DNA of 63,760 nucleotides, counting the filler, from Pelomyxa schiedti (taxonomy: Eukaryota; Protista; Evosea), in NCBI GenBank assembly GCA_020536535.1. It is 15 parts of 15 records of this genome, joined end to end, with 100 filler letters (N's around TTAATTAATTAA, not from the genome) between each part and the next. Parts side by side here need not be neighbours in the genome. Positions count along the whole stretch, not along the records: positions 22,516 to 37,664 come from JAHLWZ010000268.1; positions 37,765 to 40,079 come from JAHLWZ010002036.1; positions 40,180 to 48,584 come from JAHLWZ010001322.1; 12 more parts are not named here. One strand, written 5' to 3'. Of this stretch, positions 33,384 to 45,283 are shown piece by piece (the first letter of the stretch is position 1; every line of letters starts with the position of its first letter). The position numbers and the translations under genes are program-made. The notes below the pieces were generated by a model. It was not told the origin of the DNA. It did no database searches and worked only from the letters and a program-made list of their open reading frames with translations.

Positions 33384-36300
33384 ACTATTTAACAGAACTG
33401 ATCAGGAGAAAAGGGGTGTTTTTTCGACGTACAGGGGAATGCGATTGGGGTGGGAAAATGAGCAGCGAGCTTGCGGGAAAAGATGCGGTAAAAGCAGGAA
33501 GGAATGCAGAAAAAGACGCGGGAAAAGCACGGGGAGGGCTTCTAGAATGGGTGTTCTTTCTGGGGCCAACCGACGTGGGGGTCTTCGTTTCAAACAAAAA
33601 AAAAAACACAAAATAAAAAAAACCCCACCTGTGTAGACTGCCAATGAGTAATTCGTACCCATGCTATGTTGGAGACGGTGTCTACTATGAGGGTTTGGTG
33701 ACTTCAGAAAGCCAGGGTACATTTGCGATTTCCATTCTAACCCTCACAATCACAATCACAATCACAAGCACCAAGCCCACTGCCATTAGTCCCAGAGCCC
33801 TGTACTCCTCTCCCAGCCTCACGAACGCCTCAAGGTAGGTTTCACTAGAACTCTCAGGTGCCTCACTGTTTTCTTTAGGCCGCAAGAAGAGAGCAGCCTC
33901 ACGGAAAGCCAAACCAGCAGCTCCACCCACAGATGAGGTGTTGACACCATCATTGAACTGCTTTTGGTGTGGCTGCCCTGCACACACCATCAGACATCGG
34001 CCCAAGAGCACTGGTATGCCCTCCACCTTGGAATAGTCAATCAAACCTACTACCTTAAAGCTTCCAACCAAACTGTAACAATTCAATGCCGATGTGATTT
34101 GTTAGCTTCTGTGGGAAGAGAATAAAGCCCCACAGAGGAAAAAGAACAAAAGAGAGTGTGAGTGTAAAGGTTCTCTTGCTTGTTCTCGTGCTTGGGTTGC
34201 GCGTGGTCAAAGGATAATTAATTTGGTGCGGTTAGGTGCGGTTAGCTTCGAAGCCACGCTGTTGTCCAATTCTCAGTCGAGATTGCCTCAGAATCAATCA
34301 CCACTGCAGTCCGCATTAGTGCGTTCCGTGTCTCATAGATCGTCGCTGCCTTATTCCAGTAATTCCATCAAGCCCGCATTGGATCTCGAGAGTCGAGATT
34401 CGTACAGAGTCCGCAGAGTGTCCAGAGAGCTAAAGCTCGTGTACTTGCTAAAGTACACACGTTCCCCCTCCTCTTCAGCACGAATGTGTGTTCCGATCAC
34501 AAGAGTTCACATAATAATAAATAGTCAAAAAATGCACCACTGGATCGCCGCTTCACTGGCGGTATCAACACACTTGCGGCAACAAAAACGCAGCCTCGCC
34601 GAGCTCTGACTGCTCCTACTTTACTTCTCACACCAAGAGCGATCGGCCACGAACCCGGCCGAGCTCATACATGCTCACAAACTACGGCATCATGATCCCG
34701 ACCATTTCTACTTCACCGGACTACCGCCGCGATCCAATCCGTGTCGTCGGCTACGCACCACTGACTGCGCATTTTTTGACTATTTATTATTATGTGAACT
34801 CTTGTGATCGGAACACACATTCGTGCTGAAGAGGAGGGGGAACGTGTGTACTTTAGCAAGTACACGAGCTTTAGCTCTCTGGACACTCTGCGGACTCTGT
34901 ACGAATCTCGACTCTCGAGATCCAATGCGGGCTTGATGGAATTACTGGAATAAGGCAGCGACGATCTATGAGACACGGAACGCACTAATGCGGACTGCAG
35001 TGGTGATTGATTCTGAGGCAATCTCGACTGAGAATTGGACAACAGCGTGGCTTCGAAGCTAACCGCACCTAACCGCACCAAATTAATTATCCTTTGACCA
35101 CGCGCAACCCAAGCACGAGAACAAGCAAGAGAACCTTTACACTCACACTCTCTTTTGTTCTTTTTCCTCTGTGGGGCTTTATTCTCTTCCCACAGAAGCT
35201 AACAAATCACATCGGCATTGAATTGTTACAGTTTGGTTGGAAGCTTTAAGGTAGTAGGTTTGATTGACTATTCCAAGGTGGAGGGCATACCAGTGCTCTT
35301 GGGCCGATGTCTGATGGTGTGTGCAGGGCAGCCACACCAAAAGCAGTTCAATGATGGTGTCAACACCTCATCTGTGGGTGGAGCTGCTGGTTTGGCTTTC
35401 CGTGAGGCTGCTCTCTTCTTGCGGCCTAAAGAAAACAGTGAGGCACCTGAGAGTTCTAGTGAAACCTACCTTGAGGCGTTCGTGAGGCTGGGAGAGGAGT
35501 ACAGGGCTCTGGGACTAATGGCAGTGGGCTTGGTGCTTGTGATTGTGATTGTGATTGTGAGGGTTAGAATGGAAATCGCAAATGTACCCTGGCTTTCTGA
35601 AGTCACCAAACCCTCATAGTAGACACCGTCTCCAACATAGCATGGGTACGAATTACTCATTGGCAGTCTACACAGGTGGGGTTTTTTTTATTTTGTGTTT
35701 TTTTTTTTGTTTGAAACGAAGACCCCCACGTCGGTTGGCCCCAGAAAGAACACCCATTCTAGAAGCCCTCCCCGTGCTTTTCCCGCGTCTTTTTCTGCAT
35801 TCCTTCCTGCTTTTACCGCATCTTTTCCCGCAAGCTCGCTGCTCATTTTCCCACCCCAATCGCATTCCCCTGTACGTCGAAAAAACACCCCTTTTCTCCT
35901 GATCAGTTCTGTTAAATAGTGTGATGACAAGCAACGAAACGACACCAACGACGGACGGTGTCACGCGTTGTGTGGGTGGTCGTCCCATTCCCCTCCTCGC
36001 TGCCCGACAAACTGCGATCATGGGAGAAGTTCCTCGTCCGATTGTACACTGTGGCCAGCGGACTGTTCCCTCGTGTGTGACCTGGATCTTGCTGAACCAC
36101 AGGAGCGACGGTGGTGGGGACAGGACGAGAACGAGGAGGCAGAACAAGGCGTTCGGGCACGTGATGTGTGGACTCCTGCCTCGTGGATTCCGCAGAGAGG
36201 GAGGACATGCGGTGCGGGGGTTGTGGGTTCATGTGGCAGGTGTGCGGGGGCAGGGGGCAGTCCCCCGAGGTGGTGAAATGGGCCGCAGAGTGGCTGGGCC

Positions 36301-36748
36301 TGAGCCACCCCTGGGAGTTCGTTAAGGCGCTGTGGAGTGCGATGGAGGAGGGGAACAAGGCGGTCGTGGAGTGGGTGATGGGGACTTATGGGCTGAAGAA
36401 GATATTCTCTGGCGTTGACGACGGGGGGCTCAATTTTGCATCTTTCGCTGCGAGGGGAAGGGATCCAATGTTGGCAAAATGGTGGGTGGAGAATTTTTGG
36501 ATTGTGGAGGACGGAATGGTTGAAGTAAAGAGAGTTCTGGCTAACAAGCACAGTTCAGTTGAGCTGTGCCAGTGGTTTAAATGTCGCTTGCCTGGACCAT
36601 GTTATTACTTGACGTTTGTTGGAAATTCGCTTATCTTGAAATGGGCAAGAGAGGAATACTCGATACCCCCAGATTGGCCCCTCTTCAACTGCGCTTGTGG
36701 AATGACATGTGACATTGAACTTGCCAAGTGGCTGGACCACGAGGCATA
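32564..36748. repeat. About 4.2 kb inverted duplication: arms 32564-34535 and 34769-36748, 233-bp spacer
   Basis: ORFs mirror about a constant coordinate sum of 69304 with identical translations (33402-33722/35582-35902; 33685-34086/35218-35619). The inner 1304 bp appears identical and the outer arms differ by substitutions and indels. Confidence 0.95.
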
Positions 36749-36935
36749 TCTCTCTGATCAGCACTGGTTGGAAGTTGCACAGCCCCAGGACTCGATCAAT
36801 TTGAACAAGAATAGAGTGCTCTCGATGAACAAAATCGGGTGTTGTTGCCGGCTTCATCGCAACTACAGGTACAAAGAAATTTGTTTGAGAAAAATAGGGT
36901 TATTTATTTTCTCGTGTTACATCGACGGGGTTTAA
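35921..36935 (+). pseudogene. Frameshifted ankyrin-like repeat gene (right arm copy)
   Basis: ORF 36168-36935 contains SPEVVKWAAEWL, AMEEGNKAVVEWV, SSVELCQWF and CDIELAKWL. The N-terminal part is in other frames. Confidence 0.55.
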
Positions 36936-37343
36936 AGGTCAAAAAGCGGGTGGCCAGTAACTGTCACAACAGTAAGTGAGAGCAGGGAAGTTGGAACGGT
37001 GCCTCACGTGAGATTGTGCTGTTCATTCCGGGTCTTTCGTTGTTTCAATGAAGAAGTGCAGTACAGCCAGGGATTCTGCGTTGGGCCTTCCGCATTGCGG
37101 AACGTTAGAATTGAGATTGGTGCCACCGGCCCCCCCCAGTTCAGGGGAGTGGGTCAGGGGGATGGTCCTTACGACGCCCCGAAGGGTGTCTGCCATAGGC
37201 ACTTTAAAGCCCTGCCACAAAGACAGTGGCACCAACTCAACCGAGGAATCGCCTCCAACCCAACTGAGCCAGCCAGCCAGCCATTGATGATGATGAAGAC
37301 GACGAAGGAGGAGGAGTGAGGTGGGGGCCCGGATGGTCCTGGC

Positions 37344-37505
37344 GGGGTCCTTTCGCGGGGAGCTACTAGTTGTGCTTCGCACACCCGTGATCGTGGTCCC
37401 GTCGTTCCGTCCGCCCGCAAGGGAAACGTCATCAAGACACCGTCTCGCGGTGGGGTCCTTTCGCGGGGAGCTACTAGTTGTGCTTCGCACACCCGTGATC
37501 GTGGC
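37344..37505 (+). repeat. 108-bp-period tandem duplication (about 1.5 units)
   Basis: GGGGTCCTTTCGCGGGGAGCTACTAGTTGTGCTTCGCACACCCGTGATCGTGG occurs twice, 108 bp apart. Confidence 0.9.
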
Positions 37506-40255
37506 CCCGTCGTCAAGGTGGTGACTCGTGGCACATCTCTCGCTGAGTACGGCCGCGTTTTTTGCAATATCATGAAAGCCTCCCGATGATGGTCTCACCT
37601 TTTCTAATCGCTCAATCTGTGTGGCGTGAGACGGGAAAAAAGAGACTGGGAAACTACCTACTTCNNNNNNNNNNNNNNNNNNNNNNNNNNNNNNNNNNNN
37701 NNNNNNNNTTAATTAATTAANNNNNNNNNNNNNNNNNNNNNNNNNNNNNNNNNNNNNNNNNNNNGGCATGGCATACCAGGGCGGAACCTATGTGGCTTCT
37801 GTATTCCCGACGCAGCCGGCTTGCTGGGCTGTGCCGCTGCCTTGGACGCAATATGCTTGCGCGGCGCTGGTGTACATACACAATGCACGTAAGGTTACCG
37901 TGTTGGGCGGGCAAAAAAAAAAAAATAAAATAATATTAAAAATAAAATAATATTAAAAATAAAAATACAAAAAATAAGCAGCCATTTGAAGGGCAGACAA
38001 CCTTTGCCGCCGGTCGACTTGCGTGCCGTCTGCTTGGTCCGCGCCATCAACGACCCAGATCTATTTGTTTTTTTGTTTTTCCCCCTATTTTGTGCCTTTT
38101 AAAAAGAAAGGGGAAAAAAAAAAAACGAATTCTTAGCAGATAAAAGATGTTTCTGGAAAAGGTAGGAGACGTTTCAGGAGGGCTGGTGGAGGTGCTCCCA
38201 AATATTGTGCAGTGTAGGCATGGTGGGCCTGGATGATGGGACGGGATCCACATGGTCGACTGTCGGGCCCATCCGGGCACTGTTGTAGTTGTGTTTGTAG
38301 ACACAGTGTCGACTCGACATGCGAATTCCCCGGTCGACAGGGCGTGCCCAACTTGGGTACCGCTCAACCTGCGTGTGATGGGTTAATGTTGTTGTTGTGT
38401 GGAATTGAATTAGAGATACAGATTGCGGTGATGCGAACTGGGATTTGGTTTTGGTGATAGTGATAGAAGGGAATGTACACACCGGGGGATAGGAATTCGT
38501 GGAAATATAAATGCCGGTGAATGTACTGGTACCAGTATTATGAGGCCTTTGGGCGGGCTTCAGAGCAACCTCCGGAGCAACAACGTGGTGAACCGAATTC
38601 CTGCATAGCGGGTGAGGAAGAATATAATTTCCACAGTGAAATTTCCAAATTTGTGGGGAGTTTGGTGTCTCCCTTTACCTTCATCCTAAAGGCCCAAACG
38701 TCGGATTTGGTTTCCGGAGGTAAGAAAGATCAGTGGTGTGAAGGATGGCTTCCATGGAAACGATACATTCCGCAGGTAATCAACTTCAGGAGCCCAGTCC
38801 TGGGGAATATGATTCAGAAATGCTGCTGCATTCGAAAAGTTTGTACGCATTCAACTGTCGTATCAGTATAAGAAACATAAAATTCATCGGGAAGGGAAAA
38901 AAAACAAATATTTTGTTTTTATCCCACATCACATAAAATGTATTTTTTTAAGATATGTAGTGAAAGTCACCTGGAAAGCCAGACCAAGGAGAGAATGAGC
39001 AGGGTGAGCAGTCCCAGGTGCGAAAATACGCAAGACATCGCCCCAGCTTGCCAGTATCAGTGACCTGCACTGGGCCCAGTCACTCCACCCCCGCCCCCCC
39101 CCCTATCCTCTCCCCCGCCCGCGGGTCACAAGTCCCGACTACTCCCCGGTGCATCTGCACCACAGCGCCGGTCGACTACAGTAGGCTACGAAGGGTCGTT
39201 TGGGACTGAAAACAAACATGAATCACTCAGATCCGGCGTCGACTGGGTATTGGAGGACAACCATCACATCGGACGGGGAAGTGGAGAAATAACTTCCCAC
39301 AAGCTCGAATCAAGAGGCAGGTATTTCTTTCACCTACAGATTCTGACATACCTTCTGGGTGGCGTCCCTCGGAGATTGATTGACGCAGAAATTGTCGATT
39401 TCCTCTTGTATGCCACAAAGATACACTGGATCAGGAATTAAAACCAGCACCACATGAATGTGGTTTTGGTGTCGGATCCTGCTCAGAATCACCAGAGTTC
39501 TTTTTTTTTGTGTGCACACTTTGAGAGATAATCACTCACTCTGAGATGGCGCTAATCTTGGTGAGTGCAATCAGCCAGCAGAATCCTCAGATTGCCTGGC
39601 AATAAATGGCTGGGAGTGTTACTGGATTTAGTGACATCAAACCTCAACCGGAAGTTGTTCCAAGAACCGTCGTTAGTGGAGCTTGAACATCTGTGCACCC
39701 CCTCTGACTGTGAGTTTATTTTTTTGTTTATTTTACCGTCAACATCAACACGCCACCTTGGACCCCACCAATTCCGTTTATTCGGTTTTTCCTGGCGAAA
39801 ACGAACCAAAAGGTGGCCTATCTCTCCTATTTCTTTTGTTGTGTGGACCTCTATTTTATTCCTCACCTATTATGTGGTTGTGTCTGTGTAGAACACACTG
39901 CGTGCTCAAAAATAAATGTTGTTTGTGCCACATACAAAACAAAAACCCAAAACAAAAGCAACCATCCACTCAACAACCACAAGGTAAAGGGCAACTCGCC
40001 TTGATTGAACTCTACACACCATGCAAAGCCAAGGCTTTTTTGTACCCGGCGGTATGCAACAACAGCAGCAACAAGTGCCNNNNNNNNNNNNNNNNNNNNN
40101 NNNNNNNNNNNNNNNNNNNNNNNTTAATTAATTAANNNNNNNNNNNNNNNNNNNNNNNNNNNNNNNNNNNNNNNNNNNNTTTTTTTTTTTTTTCCCCCCC
40201 CCCCCCCCCCCCACCTTGTTTTAAGATCTACCTGCATGATGCACAATAAGAATCT

Positions 40256-40747
40256 CTAGAGTTCACAACCTTCGATGACGGAGGAGAGGAGCCGTATATA
40301 ATATTTAGTGGATTCAGCCAAGACAAAGAAGAACCAGTAGGAGGTGAGGTTGAGGGCCTCACTGCCCCAGTTTCGGGGTGTATTCTGCTCTGCGGTGGTT
40401 AAATGCATGGAAAAACAGAAGATGAATAGTACCACCAGGTTCTGCTTTCTTTTTTGTACAAATGTTATTCTGAATGCCACAAACTGTGCCGTTCTATCCC
40501 TGTGTTGGCCAACTCTTCCCTCACGTGAAAGTCTGGAAACTGAAGAGGACTGAGCCGGTTGTGCAGCCGACTCAGGTGGCACAGTATCCGTTGCAGGTGC
40601 ACGGACAACAGCTGCTCCCCTTGGCGGCGAGGTACTGGTTCTAGCTGCGGCACCAGATCCCGTCCCAACACCACTCAATTCGCTTGCAATAGACCCCAAA
40701 ATTGCTCCCGTGGAGGAACTCAATACCCCTCGTAGTGCGTCCATCAC
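40256..40747 (-). CDS. Small hypothetical protein (possibly spliced)
   Basis: ORF with a coding-like Ser/Ala/Pro-rich N-terminus. No recognisable motif. Confidence 0.35.
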   Translation of the reverse strand: MMDALRGVLSSSTGAILGSIASELSGVGTGSGAAARTSTSPPRGAAVVRAPATDTVPPESAAQPAQSSSVSRLSREGRVGQHRDRTAQFVAFRITFVQKRKQNLVVLFIFCFSMHLTTAEQNTPRNWGSEALNLTSYWFFFVLAESTKYYIRLLSSVIEGCEL

Positions 40748-41257
40748 CGTTCACCACTGCTTTAATTTAAATTAAAATGTGTTTGCTGGAGCACAAGGGG
40801 TTTCTTTAAGTGACAGGCCGGGGTATTAATTCTTTGTGAGACACCCGAAAAGCCCACCTCCTCAGTGTACGAAAGCAACTCAACATCTGGGCAGATGTGT
40901 TCACAGCAGAAGAATACGATGGGACGGTGCTTCTCCGCTCGCCGGAAGGCCAGAGAATGGGCAATCGATCTGGAAAGTCAAATAGAATTTTGGAAAAGGC
41001 TCAGTTCTAAGCAACTGTCGAAAAGAACTGACGTAAGCCGACCCGGGGCATTTAGGTTTTACTTCCATTTTTTTCAAATTAAAACTTCAGCAAGACCACA
41101 CCAGCGATCTCGGGGTAGCCGTAAAAGCGCAACCCGCTGCTTGGGGGAAGGGAGAGAGGAGCGAGGAGAGAAATACAAATAAAAAAAAGAGCAGATCGAA
41201 GCGAGCGTTTTTTCTTTCGTGCGATACAAAACCGACAACAGTCAAACCATCTAGAAA

Positions 41258-43563
41258 ATGGCAACACAAACAGCCGCCGCACAACCGCAAGTTACGGAGC
41301 ATTCCCAGCATTTGATGCAAGCCAACATGCCGCCTTACTCACAAGACCTCAGCATCCCCCCGATTATGGGTCCATCTGTGTCGCTATATGTTGGTGACTT
41401 GGATCCCCAAGTAACTGAACTCCATTTGTCCGAGCTCTTCAGCCAATTTTCACCCAAATCCATCAAAGTTTGCCGTGACAACACCACCGGCAAGTCTTTG
41501 GGATACGCCTATGTCAACTTCACCAGACAGGAAGACGGTATTTTACTTTTTGTTTTTGTTTTTGTTTTTGGTTTTGATTTTCCTCACCTTTTTCTAGCTG
41601 ACAAGGCGATGACACACCTCAATTACAAGCCATTGGGAAAGAAATCCATCAGGATTGCGAAGTTTGCAATCCTACTTACTATCACTCCCCTCACGACATT
41701 ACTAGGAGTTGCCGAGACCCCTCTACTCGAAAACAGGGAGTGGGCAATCTCTTCGTTAAGAACTTGCCTCCACAAGTCACCTCGCAGCACCTCTCCGACG
41801 CTTTCAGGTTTTTCTACCCCCTGTAATGCGTTTTTTTGACCGTCAACAGCAAAGTTGGACAAATTTTGTCTTTGAAGGTTGTCACATCAGATTCCGGTAT
41901 TTCCAAACGTTACGGCTTTGTCCATTTTGCTTCCGAGGTTCTTGCAACTGCTGCCATTGATCAATTCAATGGGAAGCCGTGGCCTGATCCACAGTTTGCT
42001 GACCCCAAGGGAAAGTTAGTGTAAGTAACTTTTTTTTTCAATGCCTTTGTTGATTGCTTACTTAGCGAAGTCATGCCTTTCAAGCCCCGCGTTCTTCGTG
42101 ATACCGAGCCAATTAAGGAACAGAAATTCACGAACATTTTTGTGAAACATCTCGATGTCTCAGTTGACAGGGACAAACTAAGCGAGTATTTCGGTAATAC
42201 ATACTATGTTACTGTACTTGTACTTGTACTCATGAAGTACAGGAAAGTACGGTGAAATTACCAGCCCTCTTCTCATGTGTGACGCAAATGGCCGGTCTAA
42301 GTGCACTGGTTGTGTGAACTTCTCCAAACACGAATTTGCAGTGAAGGTTCATTTCCCTGCTGTAGTACTTTGCCTTTTAAGCAAAAACTCCAGGCCGTAC
42401 TAGATGAAGATGGCAAAATTGTTCCTGGGTTCAGTACACCCCAAGGCCTTTATGTTCGCCGTCACATGGACAAATTTGAGAGATTAGCAGAGTTGAAGAA
42501 GCGCTACGACAACGACTCTTCCGCTCTTCCTCCTCAATCCCTCAACTTGTACATCAAAAACTTGACAAATAACGTTGACGACGAGCTACTGCAAAAGATG
42601 TTTGCACCCTTTGGCGAAATTGCATCAGCAGTGGTGATGAGGGACGAGCGTGGTTTCTCAAAGGGATTTGGTTTTGTTTGTTTCAAGAACGCCAATGACG
42701 CATACCGCGCCATACAGGAAAAGAATGGTGCTATGTATTTCAACAAACCTATTTATGTAGCCACCTTCCAACCGTAAGTTCTTCCCCAAAAAAAACCCCT
42801 GGTAACCTTTCTACAGGAAAGAACAACGAAAACTTCAACTCCAAGCCAATTATATTCGCCCCTACAGAGATTACTCTTCGTACATGATGCCTCCACTCTA
42901 CCCTCCACCCTACATGATGGTATGTATTACTGGCAACCACTCAAACCACACAACTAATGTACTGTAGCCCGGCCTATCATACCCTCCAATGATGCCAACA
43001 AGGCCATACCCTCCACGATATCCTCCTTCTTCCGCCTACGGGCGCCCGAATAGCTACCTGCCCCAACAAGCATCAATGGGTCGCGGGCGAGCTTCCGCTG
43101 TCGGCAGGAGAACTTCCATGCCACAACAAGTTTCACAGGTCCCAGTAAGCTGCTTTGTTCTTTTCCCACCGTCTTCTAAGTGTTTTGCAGAGAAAAGAAA
43201 TGCCAAGGTTTTCTCCAGGGATACGCACCCCTCAAACCCCATCGCCAGTCGCACCACAGGCCATGCCTCAAACGGTATGCTTTGATCCACTTTGTACATT
43301 CTAGACCTAACCCAAAACAACAGGAATCGCCCAATGAGAGCAAGCAAGTTGTGGGAGAAAGGTTGTGGCAATTTGTGCGCGATTCCAACCGAGTTCCTGC
43401 AGACATGGTAGGCAAGATCACCGGCATGTTGCTGGAGTCACTGGGAGTCGGGCAGGTCGTTCAGTTTTTGGCAAGCCCCGAAGCCCTACAAACAAAGATT
43501 ATGGAAGCACACAATGTACTCCAGGAACACATGAAGAAACAACCCACCGCAGACAACATTTGA
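41258..43563 (+). CDS. PABPC: Cytoplasmic poly(A)-binding protein (4 RRMs plus MLLE), multi-exon
   Basis: SLYVGDLDP...[10 protein letters not shown]; [18 protein letters not shown]; FTNIFVKHL; NLYIKNL...SKGFGFVCF; [13 protein letters not shown]...GKITGMLLE. Confidence 0.95.
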
Positions 43564-43748
43564 GGGCAATCGTCTTCCCCATAAGAAGGAGGCAAAAAGA
43601 CATAAAAGTTTCTTTCCCCTTTTTACTTTTCTTTGGAAGAAAAAAAGTTGCATTTTTTTTCAGCCAAAAAGAACAAAAAGGTTGTTTTAAATTACTTCTT
43701 AGTACATGTGTGGATGCACACAGTGCGTAGGAAGCTTCTCTCATAAAT

Positions 43749-44944
43749 CTAGGACTTGCTTGGGGGCTCCGGCGTGTCAGTCCTGGAAGGCGTAGACTTT
43801 TCTGTTAAGGCTGTGCAGTCATAGTAGTAGAACTTCTCCTCTATGAATTTCCACTCGTTGGTGTGAATCAGGTCAGAGCCTGTGTAGTTTTCCATCCTTT
43901 CCGGCATCTCATTTGAGAGGTAGTGCGTGTGCAGATCGAGAATTCGTGCTCTGAATTCTCGGGCTTCAGCGTGGGAGGAAGCCCTAAACGTGAGAGTAAT
44001 GCTTATCATCATTCCGGCCAAGGATGGGATCGATTCAATCTGTTGTGTGGAGGGGGGTGTCCCTTTTGTTGGGGAACTGTCTTTTGCTTGTGTGCAATGT
44101 ACATCACCCGACTGGAGGGGTGCACGCAGCGATGGGGGAGTAAGCATTCCAACCCGGAAGGAAGTGAGAAACTGGGGAAATGCGTCCTGGAGAACACTGC
44201 TCAGTTCAAGGCATATCTCACTGGTGTCAAAGCGAGAGGTAGTGACCCAGTAGATGTAGGAAATTATCCCCTCCATAGGTAAGGTTGTTGGCGAAGAGGT
44301 CCCTGAACTCAGAGAGCCAGGCGTGTGGGGGCTCCCAGATAGTGGAGTCTCTAGTGGTAAGTTAAACTTTCTGAAGAACTGAGGAGAAACCAACTGGATT
44401 TTTGGTGTGACTTGACAGAAAACTGAGGTGAAGTGCACAACACCTCCGACCCTGAATTCAGGGTCAGTGTCAATCCAATATTTAGGTCGCAACGAAAATG
44501 CGAACTGAAGCGATTTAGAGTTGAGAACATATGAAGCTCTACTCACGAGGATGAGCAACAGATAGGCTTGATCGTGAAGGGGTAGTGCCAAAATTCTCCT
44601 ATCTCGCTGGGCTTCATGTCGACCTCAATCACTTTGATGGTTCTGACGTTGCCTCGTTTCCTTGGGTGACACTTTGGGCAGAAAGAAGCGTCTGCCAACA
44701 CTGCTGGTGGGGCCGTGTAACATTTGAGATTCCAGATGGATTTTCTGACAGCAGCCGGGGTGAGTCCTGATACCGTCTGCCACTCTCGAGAAATTTGAAG
44801 TACCGCCTGGTGAGAGGTTGGAAGTGAATTCACTGACAGATAGTTATCAGGAACCCGTACGTGGTATTGTCTGGACTGCCTGAGGGCCAGCGGGGTCTCA
44901 ACATCTTGAAAGATAATCACTGGAAGAGTGTAGTTGCAAGTCAT
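43749..44944 (-). CDS. Possible CudA-family-like transcription factor (spliced)
   Basis: FCPKCHPRKR...IEVD...YPFTIKPICCSSS / SHFRCDL...CTSPQFSVKS resembles the amoebozoan CudA-type domain. This is from recollection only. Confidence 0.45.
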
Positions 44945-45283
44945 GGATAACCGTGAATTCACCAAACTGTGTGGATAAACACAGAATGCCGGATGTGCGA
45001 GGGGACGAGAGATCTTTGCGTGAAGGAGAACAGGCTCCCTTGGTTTTGTTAATATTTTTTTGATCAAAAAAGGACTTTTGCGCGTCTTGTGGAGAAATGG
45101 CGAAACGCCCACTTCCCGTGGCGTTTTGCCAAATTCCAGCGGAGAACGTTAAAATTTGATGTTTTTTTCGGAATCGGTTAGTAGGAGCGAAAGTTTTTCG
45201 TTTAATTTGGTTAGATGGGGTTATTTATTTATTGGTTAGATACAGGGTCTTTCAATATGCACCTTCAACAACTTGAAGGGGAT

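Noticed and set aside
32443-37664. 121-bp inverted match between 32443-32563 and 37544-37664, resembling terminal inverted repeats of a 5.2-kb transposon
   Set aside because: Both copies touch a gap or contig end and are exactly 121 bp, so this is most likely an assembly-graph overlap. No transposase lies between them.
40180-40212. Poly-T followed by poly-C run at the contig start
   Set aside because: It is a homopolymer that probably broke the assembly. No retroposon body or target duplication is visible.
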